Source of the DNA: a virus
Direction: 5' to 3' (one strand)
Virus record (IMG/VR): IMGVR_UViG_3300022752_000026
Coordinates: 32,001-96,000 of that record
Length of the DNA stretch: 64,000 bases
The first letter of the stretch is position 1. Each line of letters starts with the position of its first letter. Position numbers and translations under genes: made by a program. Of the stretch, positions 26,122 to 41,138 are shown piece after piece. Below the pieces are notes generated by a model. The model was not told the DNA's origin. It did not search any database and saw nothing but the letters and a program-made list of their open reading frames with translations.

Positions 26122-26583
26122 ATGAGTGCAGAATTAGTAGAGCAATATAGAGTAATGATTGAACCACTCCTCCCTTTGGCTAAAAGGGCTTATGGTTCTA
26201 GATTTCAAAATACACCTGCACATAAAGCCAGCCGCGAATACACACGGTTGCTCTGCGAATTTTATGAACAAGGCGGAAGTCTTCCAGACTTAGCAAAAGT
26301 GCTAAAAGTTGCGTATCCAGGGGTAAGACGTCGTGTTGTCATGGAGAATGTCTCCATTCAACAGATAAAGCCTCATAAAAAAGCCCACAAGTCAGAGATT
26401 CCATCTGCTGTTGAAAGAATTAAGAATGCTAAACAAAATGGTGGAGTTGAGGCATACCACGCACAAATTGCCGAAGAGTATAAAAATGGATTTTCACTTC
26501 AAGATTTGGCGAAAGGGTTAGGGCTCAGTTCTGCTGCACCGCTTTATTATGGTGCCCAGAGAAGTTTGCAGAAAGGAAACTAG
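26122..26583 (+). CDS. Tandem HTH protein (possible terminase small subunit or regulator)
   Basis: SLPDLAKVLKVAYPGVRRR and SLQDLAKGLGLS; directly upstream of TerL. Confidence 0.65.
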   Translation: MSAELVEQYRVMIEPLLPLAKRAYGSRFQNTPAHKASREYTRLLCEFYEQGGSLPDLAKVLKVAYPGVRRRVVMENVSIQQIKPHKKAHKSEIPSAVERIKNAKQNGGVEAYHAQIAEEYKNGFSLQDLAKGLGLSSAAPLYYGAQRSLQKGN

Positions 26584-26586
26584 CCA

Positions 26587-27996
26587 GTGGGACAAAGTAA
26601 GATGGAATGGCTAGCAACCCTTCCATTAGATGAGCAAGAAAAAATTCTTGCCCTCATGGACCCAGAAAAACTTCAATGGGACTGGCGTGCTTGGGGTAGA
26701 CCAGAACAAATACAACCAGATGGTGATTGGAATATTTGGGTCTATCTTGCTGGACGCGGTGCTGGAAAAACTCGCGCTGCATCTGAATGGATTCGTGAAG
26801 AAGCAAGATACACAAACACAGGGCAACGACGTTTTGCTTTAGTAGCAAGAACTGCTGCCGATGTGCGTGACGTTATTGTTGAAGGACAGTCTGGAATTAT
26901 GAATGTTTCTCCTCCCAGCGAAAAACCTTTATACGAGCCATCAAAAAGACGTTTGACATGGCCAAATGGAAATGTTGCTACCTGCTTTACAGCAGATGAA
27001 CCAGACTCTCTTCGTGGTCCTCAATTTACACACGCTTGGGGTGATGAGGTTGGCGCTTGGCGTCAAACTCCAGATGCTGCTGGTATGACCGCATTTGATA
27101 ACTTGCGTGTTGGAACTCGTCTTGGGCAAAATCCAAAAATTATGCTGACTACTACTCCTAAAAGAATTCCTCTTTTATATCAACTTATGGATGAGGCAAA
27201 AAAGCCTGAAGGAAAAGTAATTATTACTAGAGGCTCAACTATGGATAACAGAGGAAATTTGAGCCAATCATACCTTGATGCAATCATGGGTGTTTATGAG
27301 GGAACCTCTCTTGCTCGTCAAGAACTCTATGGAGAGATGATTGATAACATAGAAGGAGCCTTATGGTCTCAGGACATGATTGATGGGGCTAGAGAAAAGT
27401 TATTTCCTCAGTCAACCCCTCTTCGTGTTATTGGAGTTGACCCTTCTGTTGCTGAAAATCCACGAGATATGTGTGGAATTGTTGTCTGCGCCTCAACAGG
27501 AGAGTCAGACTTATATAAGAGACACTCTTGGGTTTTAGAAGACGCAACAATTCATGGTTCTCCAGAAGTCTGGGCAAATAAAGTTGTTGAGATGGCTCGC
27601 CGCTGGGGTTGTCCAGTTGTTGCTGAAGTAAACCAAGGTGGAGCACTTGTTCGTAGTGCAATCAACTCTATTGACCCAAACATAAAAGTTTTTGAAGTTC
27701 ACTCAAAACATGGAAAGGCTCTTCGTGCAGAACCTATTGTTCTTGCATACGAACAGCAGCGTGTTCATCATGTTGGGTATCTTGCAGAACTAGAAGACCA
27801 GATGACTTCCTGGATTCCAGGGGAAGGAAAATCTCCTGACAGAGTTGATGCTCTTGTTCACGCTATGACCGCATTGCTTATTAAGCCACCGCAGGGGTTT
27901 GTTGGAGGAAGACTAATTGCTAAGTCTCCAGCAGCAAGAAGAATTCCAGGAATTAATGGTGGAAATAGAGGAGCAAGAGTATTTCGTCCACGCTAA
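26587..27996 (+). CDS. terL: Terminase large subunit
   Basis: Walker A AGRGAGKT, LRGPQF..AWGDE Walker B, TTTP, IGVDP nuclease, SPDRVDA. Confidence 0.95.
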   Translation: MGQSKMEWLATLPLDEQEKILALMDPEKLQWDWRAWGRPEQIQPDGDWNIWVYLAGRGAGKTRAASEWIREEARYTNTGQRRFALVARTAADVRDVIVEGQSGIMNVSPPSEKPLYEPSKRRLTWPNGNVATCFTADEPDSLRGPQFTHAWGDEVGAWRQTPDAAGMTAFDNLRVGTRLGQNPKIMLTTTPKRIPLLYQLMDEAKKPEGKVIITRGSTMDNRGNLSQSYLDAIMGVYEGTSLARQELYGEMIDNIEGALWSQDMIDGAREKLFPQSTPLRVIGVDPSVAENPRDMCGIVVCASTGESDLYKRHSWVLEDATIHGSPEVWANKVVEMARRWGCPVVAEVNQGGALVRSAINSIDPNIKVFEVHSKHGKALRAEPIVLAYEQQRVHHVGYLAELEDQMTSWIPGEGKSPDRVDALVHAMTALLIKPPQGFVGGRLIAKSPAARRIPGINGGNRGARVFRPR

Positions 27997-30638
27997 ATTC
28001 CATAGCGTATAGAAGCAAGTCCAAGACCAGGAATAGTTTCATTTTGAACAATTCTTGGAGGAAGCATAATTCCTTTAACTACTGCACGAGTTCCAGTTCC
28101 TTCAATATCAAGTTGCTTATCTCTAAGTTTTCTATTGAAACCCATCTGACTCAAGCCAAGTTCTCCACGACGCTGACTCCAAAGTTTATAAGTCAAATAC
28201 AAATCTGAAATAATAATTGAAGCATCTGGATTTGGCTTTGTCTCTTCTTCTAAGAATAGGCCAATTCTATCCTCTTCTTTTTGATAAATGTCTGATGCCT
28301 CTTTAACAACACTGCACCAACCTAAAGCATCCATTGAACTTGAATTCAAATATTTGATAGCGCCCTCAACTGCCCAAGCAAGAACTCCAGGCAATGCTCC
28401 TTCAGCATCAAAAATATAATCTTTTAGTCCAGGGTCTGGTTTTTCTGGAACCTGAGTAAATGGAACTGGACGGATACGACGCCACATAGCATCATCAGTA
28501 ATAATCGGTCTGTGGTTAGTTGAAATCCAAAGTTTTGCATGAGACTGAAAAGAAAATGGTTTTTCTCCAGGAGAACGTCCAGTAATTTCAGATGAACCAG
28601 TAAGACGCTTCAACGAGTTTTCTTTGATGCGTTCAGAGTCTGGCAACTCGTCAACCCACACGACGCGACGACCACGCAACTGAGCCCAGTAGTAAGCATC
28701 CTGCTGGGAGTTTCCTTTTCCATCACCTAAAGAGATAACGCTTGTATCAAATGGCCAAGAATATTGTTGAGTTCCTAGTGCTTTAACTATGGCTTCAACA
28801 AATGTATTTTTACCAGAGCCCGGTGGTCCGTAGACCATAAACATTACATCTAAGTTTTTATACCCTGTAAGAGAGTATCCAGCAGCCCTCTGTAGCCATT
28901 CTTGAAATTCAACATCTCCACCAGTGGCGTAGTCCAAAAACTGTTTCCATCTCGTGTTTGTGTGACCAGGAATGTATCCAACAGGACAGGTTCTTGTTAT
29001 GTATAAATTAGGGCTGTTCTTTATCAGTTTTCCAGTTTTTAGGTCAACCACACCATTGCGAACACCAAGTAATTCAGGGTTTTGGTCCCAATCTTCTACT
29101 TTCAAACGAATACGAGTATCTGACTGAGCCGAATCAATAGCAGAATTTATTCTGGCTACTGACTTAGAGTCATTGCCCCATCGCACAGTTTTTAGAATTT
29201 GGTCATCTTCCGTGTATTGCTTACTTTCAGAGACGATTATTGAACCTAACTTTTTAGTAAGTTCTTTAATATCAAGTTTTTCGTAATCTGGTTTCCAGTG
29301 AGAACCGTCCCAGTGGAACCACCCAAGACCTTCTGTGTAGCGAATCATTGGATTGAAAAGGTCTACTAAACGACGACCATTTCCAACGTCAGTGAGGCTT
29401 CGTTTTCCAGGAGTTCCACCATCTTCTTCATAGAGAGCATCTTGGTCAGGAGCAATATCTAAGTTTCTATTGAGAAGACTTTGTTCCATAGGAACACCAG
29501 CCTCTATAGATTCCCTAAGTCCGTTATACGCTTCTAATGGTGTCAGAGAATAGATTTCTGTTTTTGGACTAACAACTCCAGTCAATGGCTTCAAGTCCCC
29601 TGAGCCACGACTTTCTGCCTGAGATTTTTCAGCCCATGATGTTAGCGCTTGTTCCTCTTCAAAAGATGTTCCTGCTGGCCAAAACATATTTGATTTTGGA
29701 TTATCTGCTACAAAATCTATTGCTCTTCTAGTGTGCATTAGAAGACTGTTTGTTCCTTCTAGCGGCATAGGAGGATTTACTTTTTCAGCATTGAACCGAA
29801 TCATCGTGGTTTCAATTGCTGTCCTCTGCGCTTCTGTTTGGACTCCAATTTTATTAGCAAGAGATAAAGCAATCTTGTAAAGACCTACTGCTCTTTCTCC
29901 CTCAACCAAACCTTTATCAAGAAGTTTGTCAATATCAAGTCTTTCTCCGTTAAACTGAAGTTCATCAAATATGCTGTCCCAGTCTCCCGCAGCGTAACTT
30001 GTTCCCTTCTTTTTTCTGTTCTTTTTGCGTAAAAATTGAAGCAGTTCTTCTGGAGCATCTGCAATCTCAATTTGGTCAGGACGCTTCCCGTCAACCCACT
30101 CGTAGGTTGTTCCTGAATAGTGTTTTGATGGAGCAATAAGAACATAACCGTTATGCTTAATATCAACACCGCGAAGACCTACTTTTTCAAGGTTTCCAAT
30201 CAAATCTTCGCTTGGGTCACATTTGTAATAAAGATGACGCCCACGGACACTCTGTGAATTCAATGTGTATGTTCCAGTAAGAGCCTCAATTGTTGGCGGT
30301 AAATTTCCATCAACAAGTTCTTCAAACTTAGAAAATGAATCAGTTCCATCAGAACGAGGGTCAATATCAATCACTAAAAACCCACTAGGACGACATACAA
30401 CACCTACGTTGTAGTTTGGTTCTGTGTGCCACCAACGCCTAATTGTTTCTATATCTGAAGTTGCTGCTTGATTCCATGAAGTAACTGGATGCTTACCAAT
30501 ATCTTTTGGCTCAGCATGAGAACCCCTACATGTACACTTATTTCCTTCAGTAATTCCGTGACAGGGGACAATCTTCCAACCAAGATTTGCGTACCACTCG
30601 GCAGACGCCAGTAGCAAATTGTTGTTTTCCGATGTCAC
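27993..30638 (-). CDS. Bifunctional primase-polymerase fused to D5/SF3 helicase
   Basis: GKHP, VIDIDPR, GRHLYY, GYVLIAPS.H; TDVGNGRR; GPPGSGKNT; NHRP...DDAMWRRI. Confidence 0.93.
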   Translation of the reverse strand: MTSENNNLLLASAEWYANLGWKIVPCHGITEGNKCTCRGSHAEPKDIGKHPVTSWNQAATSDIETIRRWWHTEPNYNVGVVCRPSGFLVIDIDPRSDGTDSFSKFEELVDGNLPPTIEALTGTYTLNSQSVRGRHLYYKCDPSEDLIGNLEKVGLRGVDIKHNGYVLIAPSKHYSGTTYEWVDGKRPDQIEIADAPEELLQFLRKKNRKKKGTSYAAGDWDSIFDELQFNGERLDIDKLLDKGLVEGERAVGLYKIALSLANKIGVQTEAQRTAIETTMIRFNAEKVNPPMPLEGTNSLLMHTRRAIDFVADNPKSNMFWPAGTSFEEEQALTSWAEKSQAESRGSGDLKPLTGVVSPKTEIYSLTPLEAYNGLRESIEAGVPMEQSLLNRNLDIAPDQDALYEEDGGTPGKRSLTDVGNGRRLVDLFNPMIRYTEGLGWFHWDGSHWKPDYEKLDIKELTKKLGSIIVSESKQYTEDDQILKTVRWGNDSKSVARINSAIDSAQSDTRIRLKVEDWDQNPELLGVRNGVVDLKTGKLIKNSPNLYITRTCPVGYIPGHTNTRWKQFLDYATGGDVEFQEWLQRAAGYSLTGYKNLDVMFMVYGPPGSGKNTFVEAIVKALGTQQYSWPFDTSVISLGDGKGNSQQDAYYWAQLRGRRVVWVDELPDSERIKENSLKRLTGSSEITGRSPGEKPFSFQSHAKLWISTNHRPIITDDAMWRRIRPVPFTQVPEKPDPGLKDYIFDAEGALPGVLAWAVEGAIKYLNSSSMDALGWCSVVKEASDIYQKEEDRIGLFLEEETKPNPDASIIISDLYLTYKLWSQRRGELGLSQMGFNRKLRDKQLDIEGTGTRAVVKGIMLPPRIVQNETIPGLGLASIRYGI

Positions 30639-30851
30639 TATGCGTCACTCGCTTCCTCTTACTGGCCCAAAAAGACGGGACAAAGTTTTGCCTCTGGGTG
30701 TGGCTTAAGTCAATAGTGACTATACCCCTAATTTTTAATTTTTGCTGACAGACCCGCCGTAGGGGGCTAATACTAGCCAATACCTGTATAGAAAGTATGC
30801 CAAAATACTCTATAAGGCGACCCTGCCGAATACCATCGGGAATTGTATACA

Positions 30852-31202
30852 ATGTTTTCACAAATGTCGCCTTTGTCTGAACTTTTGTTCTTAGTTGGAG
30901 CAGTAACTACTTTAGTTAGTTTTGCATTGGTTATTTATAAAATTGCAAAAAGAATTGATGCTGCTATTGGGGTAGACGGAGAAGGAAGAAGCCTAAGCGA
31001 AAGAATGGAAAAAGTTGAATATCAACTTTGGCCAAACAGTGGAAAATCTTTGATGGACAGAGTTAATCGTCTAGAGGAAACAAGTAACAAAGTATCAGCA
31101 GAAATTGCTATTGTCAAAAATTTAGTAACTATTTTAGTTGACTCTCATGTCACAAACAACACTCCTAAAAAACCACGCAGTCGCAGAAAGACGTCAGAAT
31201 AG
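30852..31202 (+). CDS. Membrane protein with coiled coil (holin-like)
   Basis: N-terminal TM, PNSGKSLMDRVNRLE. Confidence 0.65.
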   Translation: MFSQMSPLSELLFLVGAVTTLVSFALVIYKIAKRIDAAIGVDGEGRSLSERMEKVEYQLWPNSGKSLMDRVNRLEETSNKVSAEIAIVKNLVTILVDSHVTNNTPKKPRSRRKTSE

Positions 31203-31306
31203 GCTAAAGCGACACGCCGAGTAGGTATCTTCCTATCGGTAAGACTTACTGTTACTCTACCGTTCACAAATCCGCCGGGGTTTGTTAGAAACGGAGCATA
31301 ACTCTT

Positions 31307-31669
31307 ATGAGTCTTGCAGAACGAATAAACAAACTAACACCAACAGGACCAGGCTTGCCATGTGGTGTTGGAAAGTTAGTGTCTCAACTTGGTGATGTTG
31401 ATAGGGAAGCACTTATTGCTCTTTTTGATGCTAGCCCATACCCTAACGGTGTGTCAAATAGATTGATTTTTAGAATTCTAGAAGAAGAGGGCTACAACAT
31501 AGCATTTGCCTCTATTAGATTACATAGGTCTAAAAATTGCAGATGCTTTATTGGAAAAAATAGTCCTTACCGCAATAACCCAGTAACGATTCCTGAAGTT
31601 CCTACAACATCAAAAAATGTCTCCATTGGGAAGAAAACAAAGTCGCGGGCGGGGGCTAAAAATAAATGA
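31307..31669 (+). CDS. Hypothetical protein (HTH-like with H...C.C)
   Basis: C.V..L...L...DREAL; IRLHRSKNCRC. Confidence 0.65.
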   Translation: MSLAERINKLTPTGPGLPCGVGKLVSQLGDVDREALIALFDASPYPNGVSNRLIFRILEEEGYNIAFASIRLHRSKNCRCFIGKNSPYRNNPVTIPEVPTTSKNVSIGKKTKSRAGAKNK

Positions 31670-32898
31670 AAAAAGTTGCTGAGGAGAAAGACCCTAACTC
31701 ACTCCTAAAAGCAATCCATGAAAAGTTATCTTCTCCTGGAGTCACTGGAAGCGACACAAAACAGTCTGCTCCAGCAGAAGAATGGCGACCACGAATTGAA
31801 CTTGACGAAAATGGCGGGTTTTTAGTCTCTACTCCAAGAAAAGACAACAACGCTGATTCCGAGGAAATTCTAAAAGAATTTAATTTAGACCCGAAGCAGT
31901 GGGCGGTAGTTGGAGTTAGAACAAGTAGGTGGCAAAAGCATGATGAAGACTGGCTTACTTCATACAGACTAACATTAGTCCCTAAAGCAGTAGAAACTGC
32001 TCTCCAAGAAGATGTTGAAAAAATAAAGAAAAAATTAGAAACATGGAAGCCTCTATCTAAGCCAAAGAAAAAACAAAAAACTGGCTTGGCTTTTGTAGTT
32101 GCACCTAGCGACCAACAAATAGGAAAAAGAGCAAACAGCACTGGGACAGATGAAATAGTTTCAAGAATTCTTGATGTTACAGAGAAAGCAGTCCATAGGT
32201 ATCAAGAGTTAGAAGCGGCAGGAAGACCTCTTTCAAAAGTAGTCATTGCTCTCCTTGGAGACCATGTAGAGGGAAATACCTCTCAAAATGGAAAACTACA
32301 AAGCACCTATGCTTCAGATTTAGGACTTACCGAACAAATTAGAGTTGCTAGACGAGTTTTACTTGCACAAATCAAAGCATTTTCTGAAGTATGTCCAAAC
32401 ATAGTTGTGGCTGTTGTAAACGGAAACCACGATGAAGTTACTAGACAAGTTAGTGTTGACCCAGCGGAAGGTTGGAATACAGAAATAGTAAGTTCAGTCT
32501 CAGATGTTTGCCGCGAAGTAAAAGAACTTTCTAAAGTAGAGTTTAGATTTCCTCAGAGTGGTCATCAAACTTTAGCCCTAGATGTGAACGGAACTATGCT
32601 TGGTCTATTCCACGGGCATCAAATGAAGAGTGGCGGAGCCTTGAAATATATTTCTGGGCAAGCCGCTGGAAATACCCCTATTGGCCGCTGTGATGTATGG
32701 CTTTCTGGGCACTACCATCACTTTAGGTCAGAGGACATTGGTCAAAGGTTTTGGGCACAATGTCCGACCCTAGACGGTGGCTCTGGCTGGTTTAGGGACA
32801 GAGTTGGCCTTGAGTCGGACCCAGGATTATTGACTATGGTTATAGGAGAAGGACACTCTCCTAAACAGGATATTAGTATAATTAGCACTAAGTGCTGA
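31666..32898 (+). CDS. Calcineurin-like metallophosphoesterase/nuclease
   Basis: SDQQIGK, LGDHVEG, GNHDE, FHGH, GHYHH motifs. Confidence 0.88.
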   Translation: MKKVAEEKDPNSLLKAIHEKLSSPGVTGSDTKQSAPAEEWRPRIELDENGGFLVSTPRKDNNADSEEILKEFNLDPKQWAVVGVRTSRWQKHDEDWLTSYRLTLVPKAVETALQEDVEKIKKKLETWKPLSKPKKKQKTGLAFVVAPSDQQIGKRANSTGTDEIVSRILDVTEKAVHRYQELEAAGRPLSKVVIALLGDHVEGNTSQNGKLQSTYASDLGLTEQIRVARRVLLAQIKAFSEVCPNIVVAVVNGNHDEVTRQVSVDPAEGWNTEIVSSVSDVCREVKELSKVEFRFPQSGHQTLALDVNGTMLGLFHGHQMKSGGALKYISGQAAGNTPIGRCDVWLSGHYHHFRSEDIGQRFWAQCPTLDGGSGWFRDRVGLESDPGLLTMVIGEGHSPKQDISIISTKC

Positions 32899-33003
32899 TT
32901 GATTTTTGTCTCAGTTTCAAACTCGTGTGCTTAAAAACAACGTAAAATTAGAACAACAATAGGCGCATTGTATCTTGTCCGCTTTAGGGGTCATGGAGTG
33001 TAA

Positions 33004-37575
<4,572 letters not shown>

Positions 37576-37578
37576 TAA

Positions 37579-38628
37579 ATGGCTATTGATTTTCCTAATT
37601 CGCCCTCGTTAAATCAAACTTACACTTATGGTGGACAGCAATGGAAGTGGACCGGAACCACATGGGATTTAGTTGTAACTCAAGTTGTAGGCCCTACCGG
37701 ACCGACTGGAGCAACTGGAGCAGCAAGTACAGTTCCTGGTCCAACTGGTTCTACTGGACCTACTGGAAGATATGGCTCGTTTGCTCTTTCATCTTCAACT
37801 CCACCTGCTACACCAGCGCTTGGTGATGCTTGGTTTGATTCAACAACTGGACAAATTTATGTTTACTACGACGGTTATTGGGTTGAGTCTGCATCAAGTA
37901 TTGCTGGAGTCACTGGACCAACTGGTCCACTTGGACCAACAGGACCTACTGGTTCTCAAGGAAATATTGGTTTATTAGGACCAACAGGACCTACTGGAGC
38001 AGCAAGTACAGTTGCTGGACCAACTGGACCGACTGGACCAACAGGGCCATCTGTAACTGGACCAACTGGTCCTCGTGGACTTACTGGACCAACTGGGCCA
38101 GGAGTTACAGGACCTACAGGTCCTACGGGAACTCAGGGTCCTCAATATTCTTCAAATGTTTTAGCACGTCGTCATAGCACAACACAAAACATTTCTTCTG
38201 GAATTGAAACAAGAGTTCAGTGGAATATTACTGACCCAGATAACTCTAGAGGCAGCGTCTCCTTAACTTATGACGGAGCAACTCAAGTTGGAAGATTTAC
38301 AAACAACTCTGGAACAACTAAAACTTATTTAGTTACATGGCAAATAAATTTTGGACCAGACCCTGTTGGAGCAAGAGCAACTTGGCTGTGGCACAACAAC
38401 ACTCTAAACGGAAGCGGTGCTGCTCAAAAGCGTCAAGGAGAGGTTCACACTGGAATCAACAATGACTTTACTGTGGTCACATCTTCAACTATTGCTGTTT
38501 TAGATAACGGAGAGTTTTTTGAGATTTGGGCATGGCAAAATTCTGGAAACGAACTTCAAATGGGTGGTTCTGTTGGTCTAAGAGTTGATTCTGGATATTC
38601 CAATAAAATTCAAGTGGTGGAGATTTAA
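37579..38628 (+). CDS. Collagen-like fibre protein with C1q-like C-terminal beta domain
   Basis: IDFPNSP N-terminal module, GPT repeats, L..G...EIWAWQNSG. Confidence 0.8.
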   Translation: MAIDFPNSPSLNQTYTYGGQQWKWTGTTWDLVVTQVVGPTGPTGATGAASTVPGPTGSTGPTGRYGSFALSSSTPPATPALGDAWFDSTTGQIYVYYDGYWVESASSIAGVTGPTGPLGPTGPTGSQGNIGLLGPTGPTGAASTVAGPTGPTGPTGPSVTGPTGPRGLTGPTGPGVTGPTGPTGTQGPQYSSNVLARRHSTTQNISSGIETRVQWNITDPDNSRGSVSLTYDGATQVGRFTNNSGTTKTYLVTWQINFGPDPVGARATWLWHNNTLNGSGAAQKRQGEVHTGINNDFTVVTSSTIAVLDNGEFFEIWAWQNSGNELQMGGSVGLRVDSGYSNKIQVVEI

Positions 38629-38630
38629 TT

Positions 38631-40025
38631 ATGCCTATTGATTTTCCTAATTCTCCTACACTCAATCAGGAATATGTTTCTGGAAACTTAACTTATCGTT
38701 GGAATGGAACAGCATGGCGTTTAGTTAGAACAATTGCTGCCGGTGCTACTGGACCAGTTGGACCAACTGGTCCACAAGGAATTCAAGGAATTCAAGGACC
38801 AACAGGACCTCAAGGGACTACTGGTCCAACAGGTTCTGGTCCTACAGGTCCAACAGGTCCAGTTTCAACAGTTCCAGGTCCTACAGGTCCGCAAGGTCCA
38901 ACTGGACCACTTGGGCCGCAAGGTATTCAAGGAAACACCGGACCAACAGGTCAAACAGGTGCAACTGGCCCTACTGGTGTTCGTGGATTCCAAGGTCCAA
39001 CAGGGCCGCAAGGAAATGTGGGCGCTACTGGACCAACAGGAGCGACTGGTCCTCAAGGTATTCAAGGAATTACTGGTCCTACAGGTCAGCAAGGCATAAC
39101 TGGTCCTACAGGTCAGCAAGGACAAGGACTAAACATTCTTGGTTCTTATGCAACTTTGGCAGCATTACAAGCAGCACGTCCTATTGGTAATGCTGGAGAA
39201 GGATATTTAGTTGTTGGTGTTCTGTATGTCTGGGACCCAGCAACAAGTCAATGGATTAGTGCTGGAAATATTCAAGGTCCTACAGGACCAACAGGTCCAA
39301 CATCAACTGTTGCTGGGCCAACTGGACCTACTGGTGCAAGCGGCGGAATTACTTACACAATCACAAATAATGGAGCAACCTCCTACACAATAAATGGAAA
39401 CACAAACCCAACGCTTTATTTAATTCGTGGAAATAGATATGTTTTCAATATAAGCGCTAGCGGTCATCCATTTAGAATTCAAACAAGTGTTAATACTGGT
39501 GGATACATTTCAGGAAATCAATACACAACAGGAGTGACAAATCCTGGAACAGCAGTAGGAACTCTTACATGGGAAGTTCCACTTAATGCTCCGTCCACTC
39601 TTTATTATGTTTGTGAATTTCATTCAATTATGGGTGGACAAATTGTTATTACAGATATTGGACCTACTGGTCCTACTGGAGGAACTGGACCTACTGGACC
39701 AGCGTTTTATGAACTTACATCTAATACATACACAACATCAACAACATTATCATCTAGTGATGCTTTCAAAATAGTAAAAATTACTTCTTCAGGAAGTGCT
39801 GATATTACTATTCCTTTAGACGGAACAGGTGGATACACATTCCCTGTTGGAACTCAAATTGTTGTTGTCCAATATGGAATTGGGCAACTAACCTTTGTCC
39901 CTTCTGCATCTGTTACTTTGTATTCAGAAGGTAGTAAGAGAAAAACATCCCAACAATATGCTACTGCTTCACTTATAAAAATGGGTAACAATGAATGGCT
40001 TTTGAGCGGAAGTTTGTCAGCATAA
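38631..40025 (+). CDS. Collagen-like fibre protein with cupredoxin-like insert
   Basis: IDFPNSP module; GHPF...[13 protein letters not shown]; [13 protein letters not shown]-terminal domain. Confidence 0.8.
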   Translation: MPIDFPNSPTLNQEYVSGNLTYRWNGTAWRLVRTIAAGATGPVGPTGPQGIQGIQGPTGPQGTTGPTGSGPTGPTGPVSTVPGPTGPQGPTGPLGPQGIQGNTGPTGQTGATGPTGVRGFQGPTGPQGNVGATGPTGATGPQGIQGITGPTGQQGITGPTGQQGQGLNILGSYATLAALQAARPIGNAGEGYLVVGVLYVWDPATSQWISAGNIQGPTGPTGPTSTVAGPTGPTGASGGITYTITNNGATSYTINGNTNPTLYLIRGNRYVFNISASGHPFRIQTSVNTGGYISGNQYTTGVTNPGTAVGTLTWEVPLNAPSTLYYVCEFHSIMGGQIVITDIGPTGPTGGTGPTGPAFYELTSNTYTTSTTLSSSDAFKIVKITSSGSADITIPLDGTGGYTFPVGTQIVVVQYGIGQLTFVPSASVTLYSEGSKRKTSQQYATASLIKMGNNEWLLSGSLSA

Positions 40026-40951
40026 TGATAAGAACTTTACATGGTGTTTTTTCGGCAAGAACTAGAGCCGCATCTCCTGGAACTTTTACTCAGCAGACAT
40101 CTACTTTTCTTTCTACTGATGAAATTTTGTCTATTCAATATCTAAATGGAAAATTTTGGACAGTTGGAACTTCTGCAAAAATGGCAGATTCTGTAGATGG
40201 TCTAAGTTGGACTTCGCGTCCAAGTTCTTTTGGAACTTCTATTATTTATGATATTACTTATGGTGCTGCTCTTCTTGTTGCAGTTGGGGGAACTGGAAAA
40301 CTAGCAACATCATCAAATGCTGGGAGTAGTTGGATTCAAAGAGCAAGTTCTTTTATCACAACATCAATATTCCATGTTACTTATGCAAATAACACTTTTG
40401 TTGCTGTAGGAGCAAGTGGAAAGATTGCTACATCAACTGATGGGATTACTTGGACACAAGTTGCTGATTCTTCTTTTGCTGGTTCTTTTATTTATGGAAT
40501 TACTTATGGTAATGGATTATTTGTTGCTGTAGGAGCAAGTGGGAAAATAGCATATTCTAGTGATAACGGAATAACATGGACAGCAGTTCCAGTGTCTAAT
40601 TTTGGAACAAGTCAAATAAATTCAATTACATATGCAAATTCAACATATGTTGCCGTTGCTAATGATGGAAAAATTGCTACATCAACTGACGCCATAACAT
40701 GGATACAAAGAAGCAACACTTTTTCTGGGTTGGCCATTAAAGATGTTTCATTTGGAGCAGATATTTTTACAGCAGTTGGTGTAAATGGTCAGATGGCATA
40801 CTCTGTTGATGGAAGAAGTTGGTCTTCTGTCACTTCTTCTTTTGGAACAACAAATATAAATTCTATTACTTATGGTCTTGTAAATTTATCAAATGGATTT
40901 GCTATAGCAGGAGCAGAAGGAAAAATTGCAACGTCAGCGGTTGCGAATTAG
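40025..40951 (+). CDS. Beta-propeller (BNR/Asp-box-like repeat) protein
   Basis: Repeated ITY....FVAVG..GKIA.S.DG.TW units. Confidence 0.8.
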   Translation: MIRTLHGVFSARTRAASPGTFTQQTSTFLSTDEILSIQYLNGKFWTVGTSAKMADSVDGLSWTSRPSSFGTSIIYDITYGAALLVAVGGTGKLATSSNAGSSWIQRASSFITTSIFHVTYANNTFVAVGASGKIATSTDGITWTQVADSSFAGSFIYGITYGNGLFVAVGASGKIAYSSDNGITWTAVPVSNFGTSQINSITYANSTYVAVANDGKIATSTDAITWIQRSNTFSGLAIKDVSFGADIFTAVGVNGQMAYSVDGRSWSSVTSSFGTTNINSITYGLVNLSNGFAIAGAEGKIATSAVAN

Positions 40952-40961
40952 GTGAATTAAT

Positions 40962-41138
40962 ATGAAGTATACTTATACAATAACCGAAGATTTGAGATGC
41001 ATAGTCTCCTTGGATGGGCAAGAAATTGACAACTCGGGTCCATGGGAATCAATGGAATCTGCTTCAGCGTGGGCTAAAAATTATGTTGATGAGTTAAACT
41101 TAATCAGTAACGAGGAGGGTACAGATGCCAGCGATTGA
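40962..41138 (+). CDS. Small hypothetical protein (58 aa)
   Basis: Not in ORF track; [10 protein letters not shown]...[17 protein letters not shown]. Confidence 0.6.
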   Translation: MKYTYTITEDLRCIVSLDGQEIDNSGPWESMESASAWAKNYVDELNLISNEEGTDASD

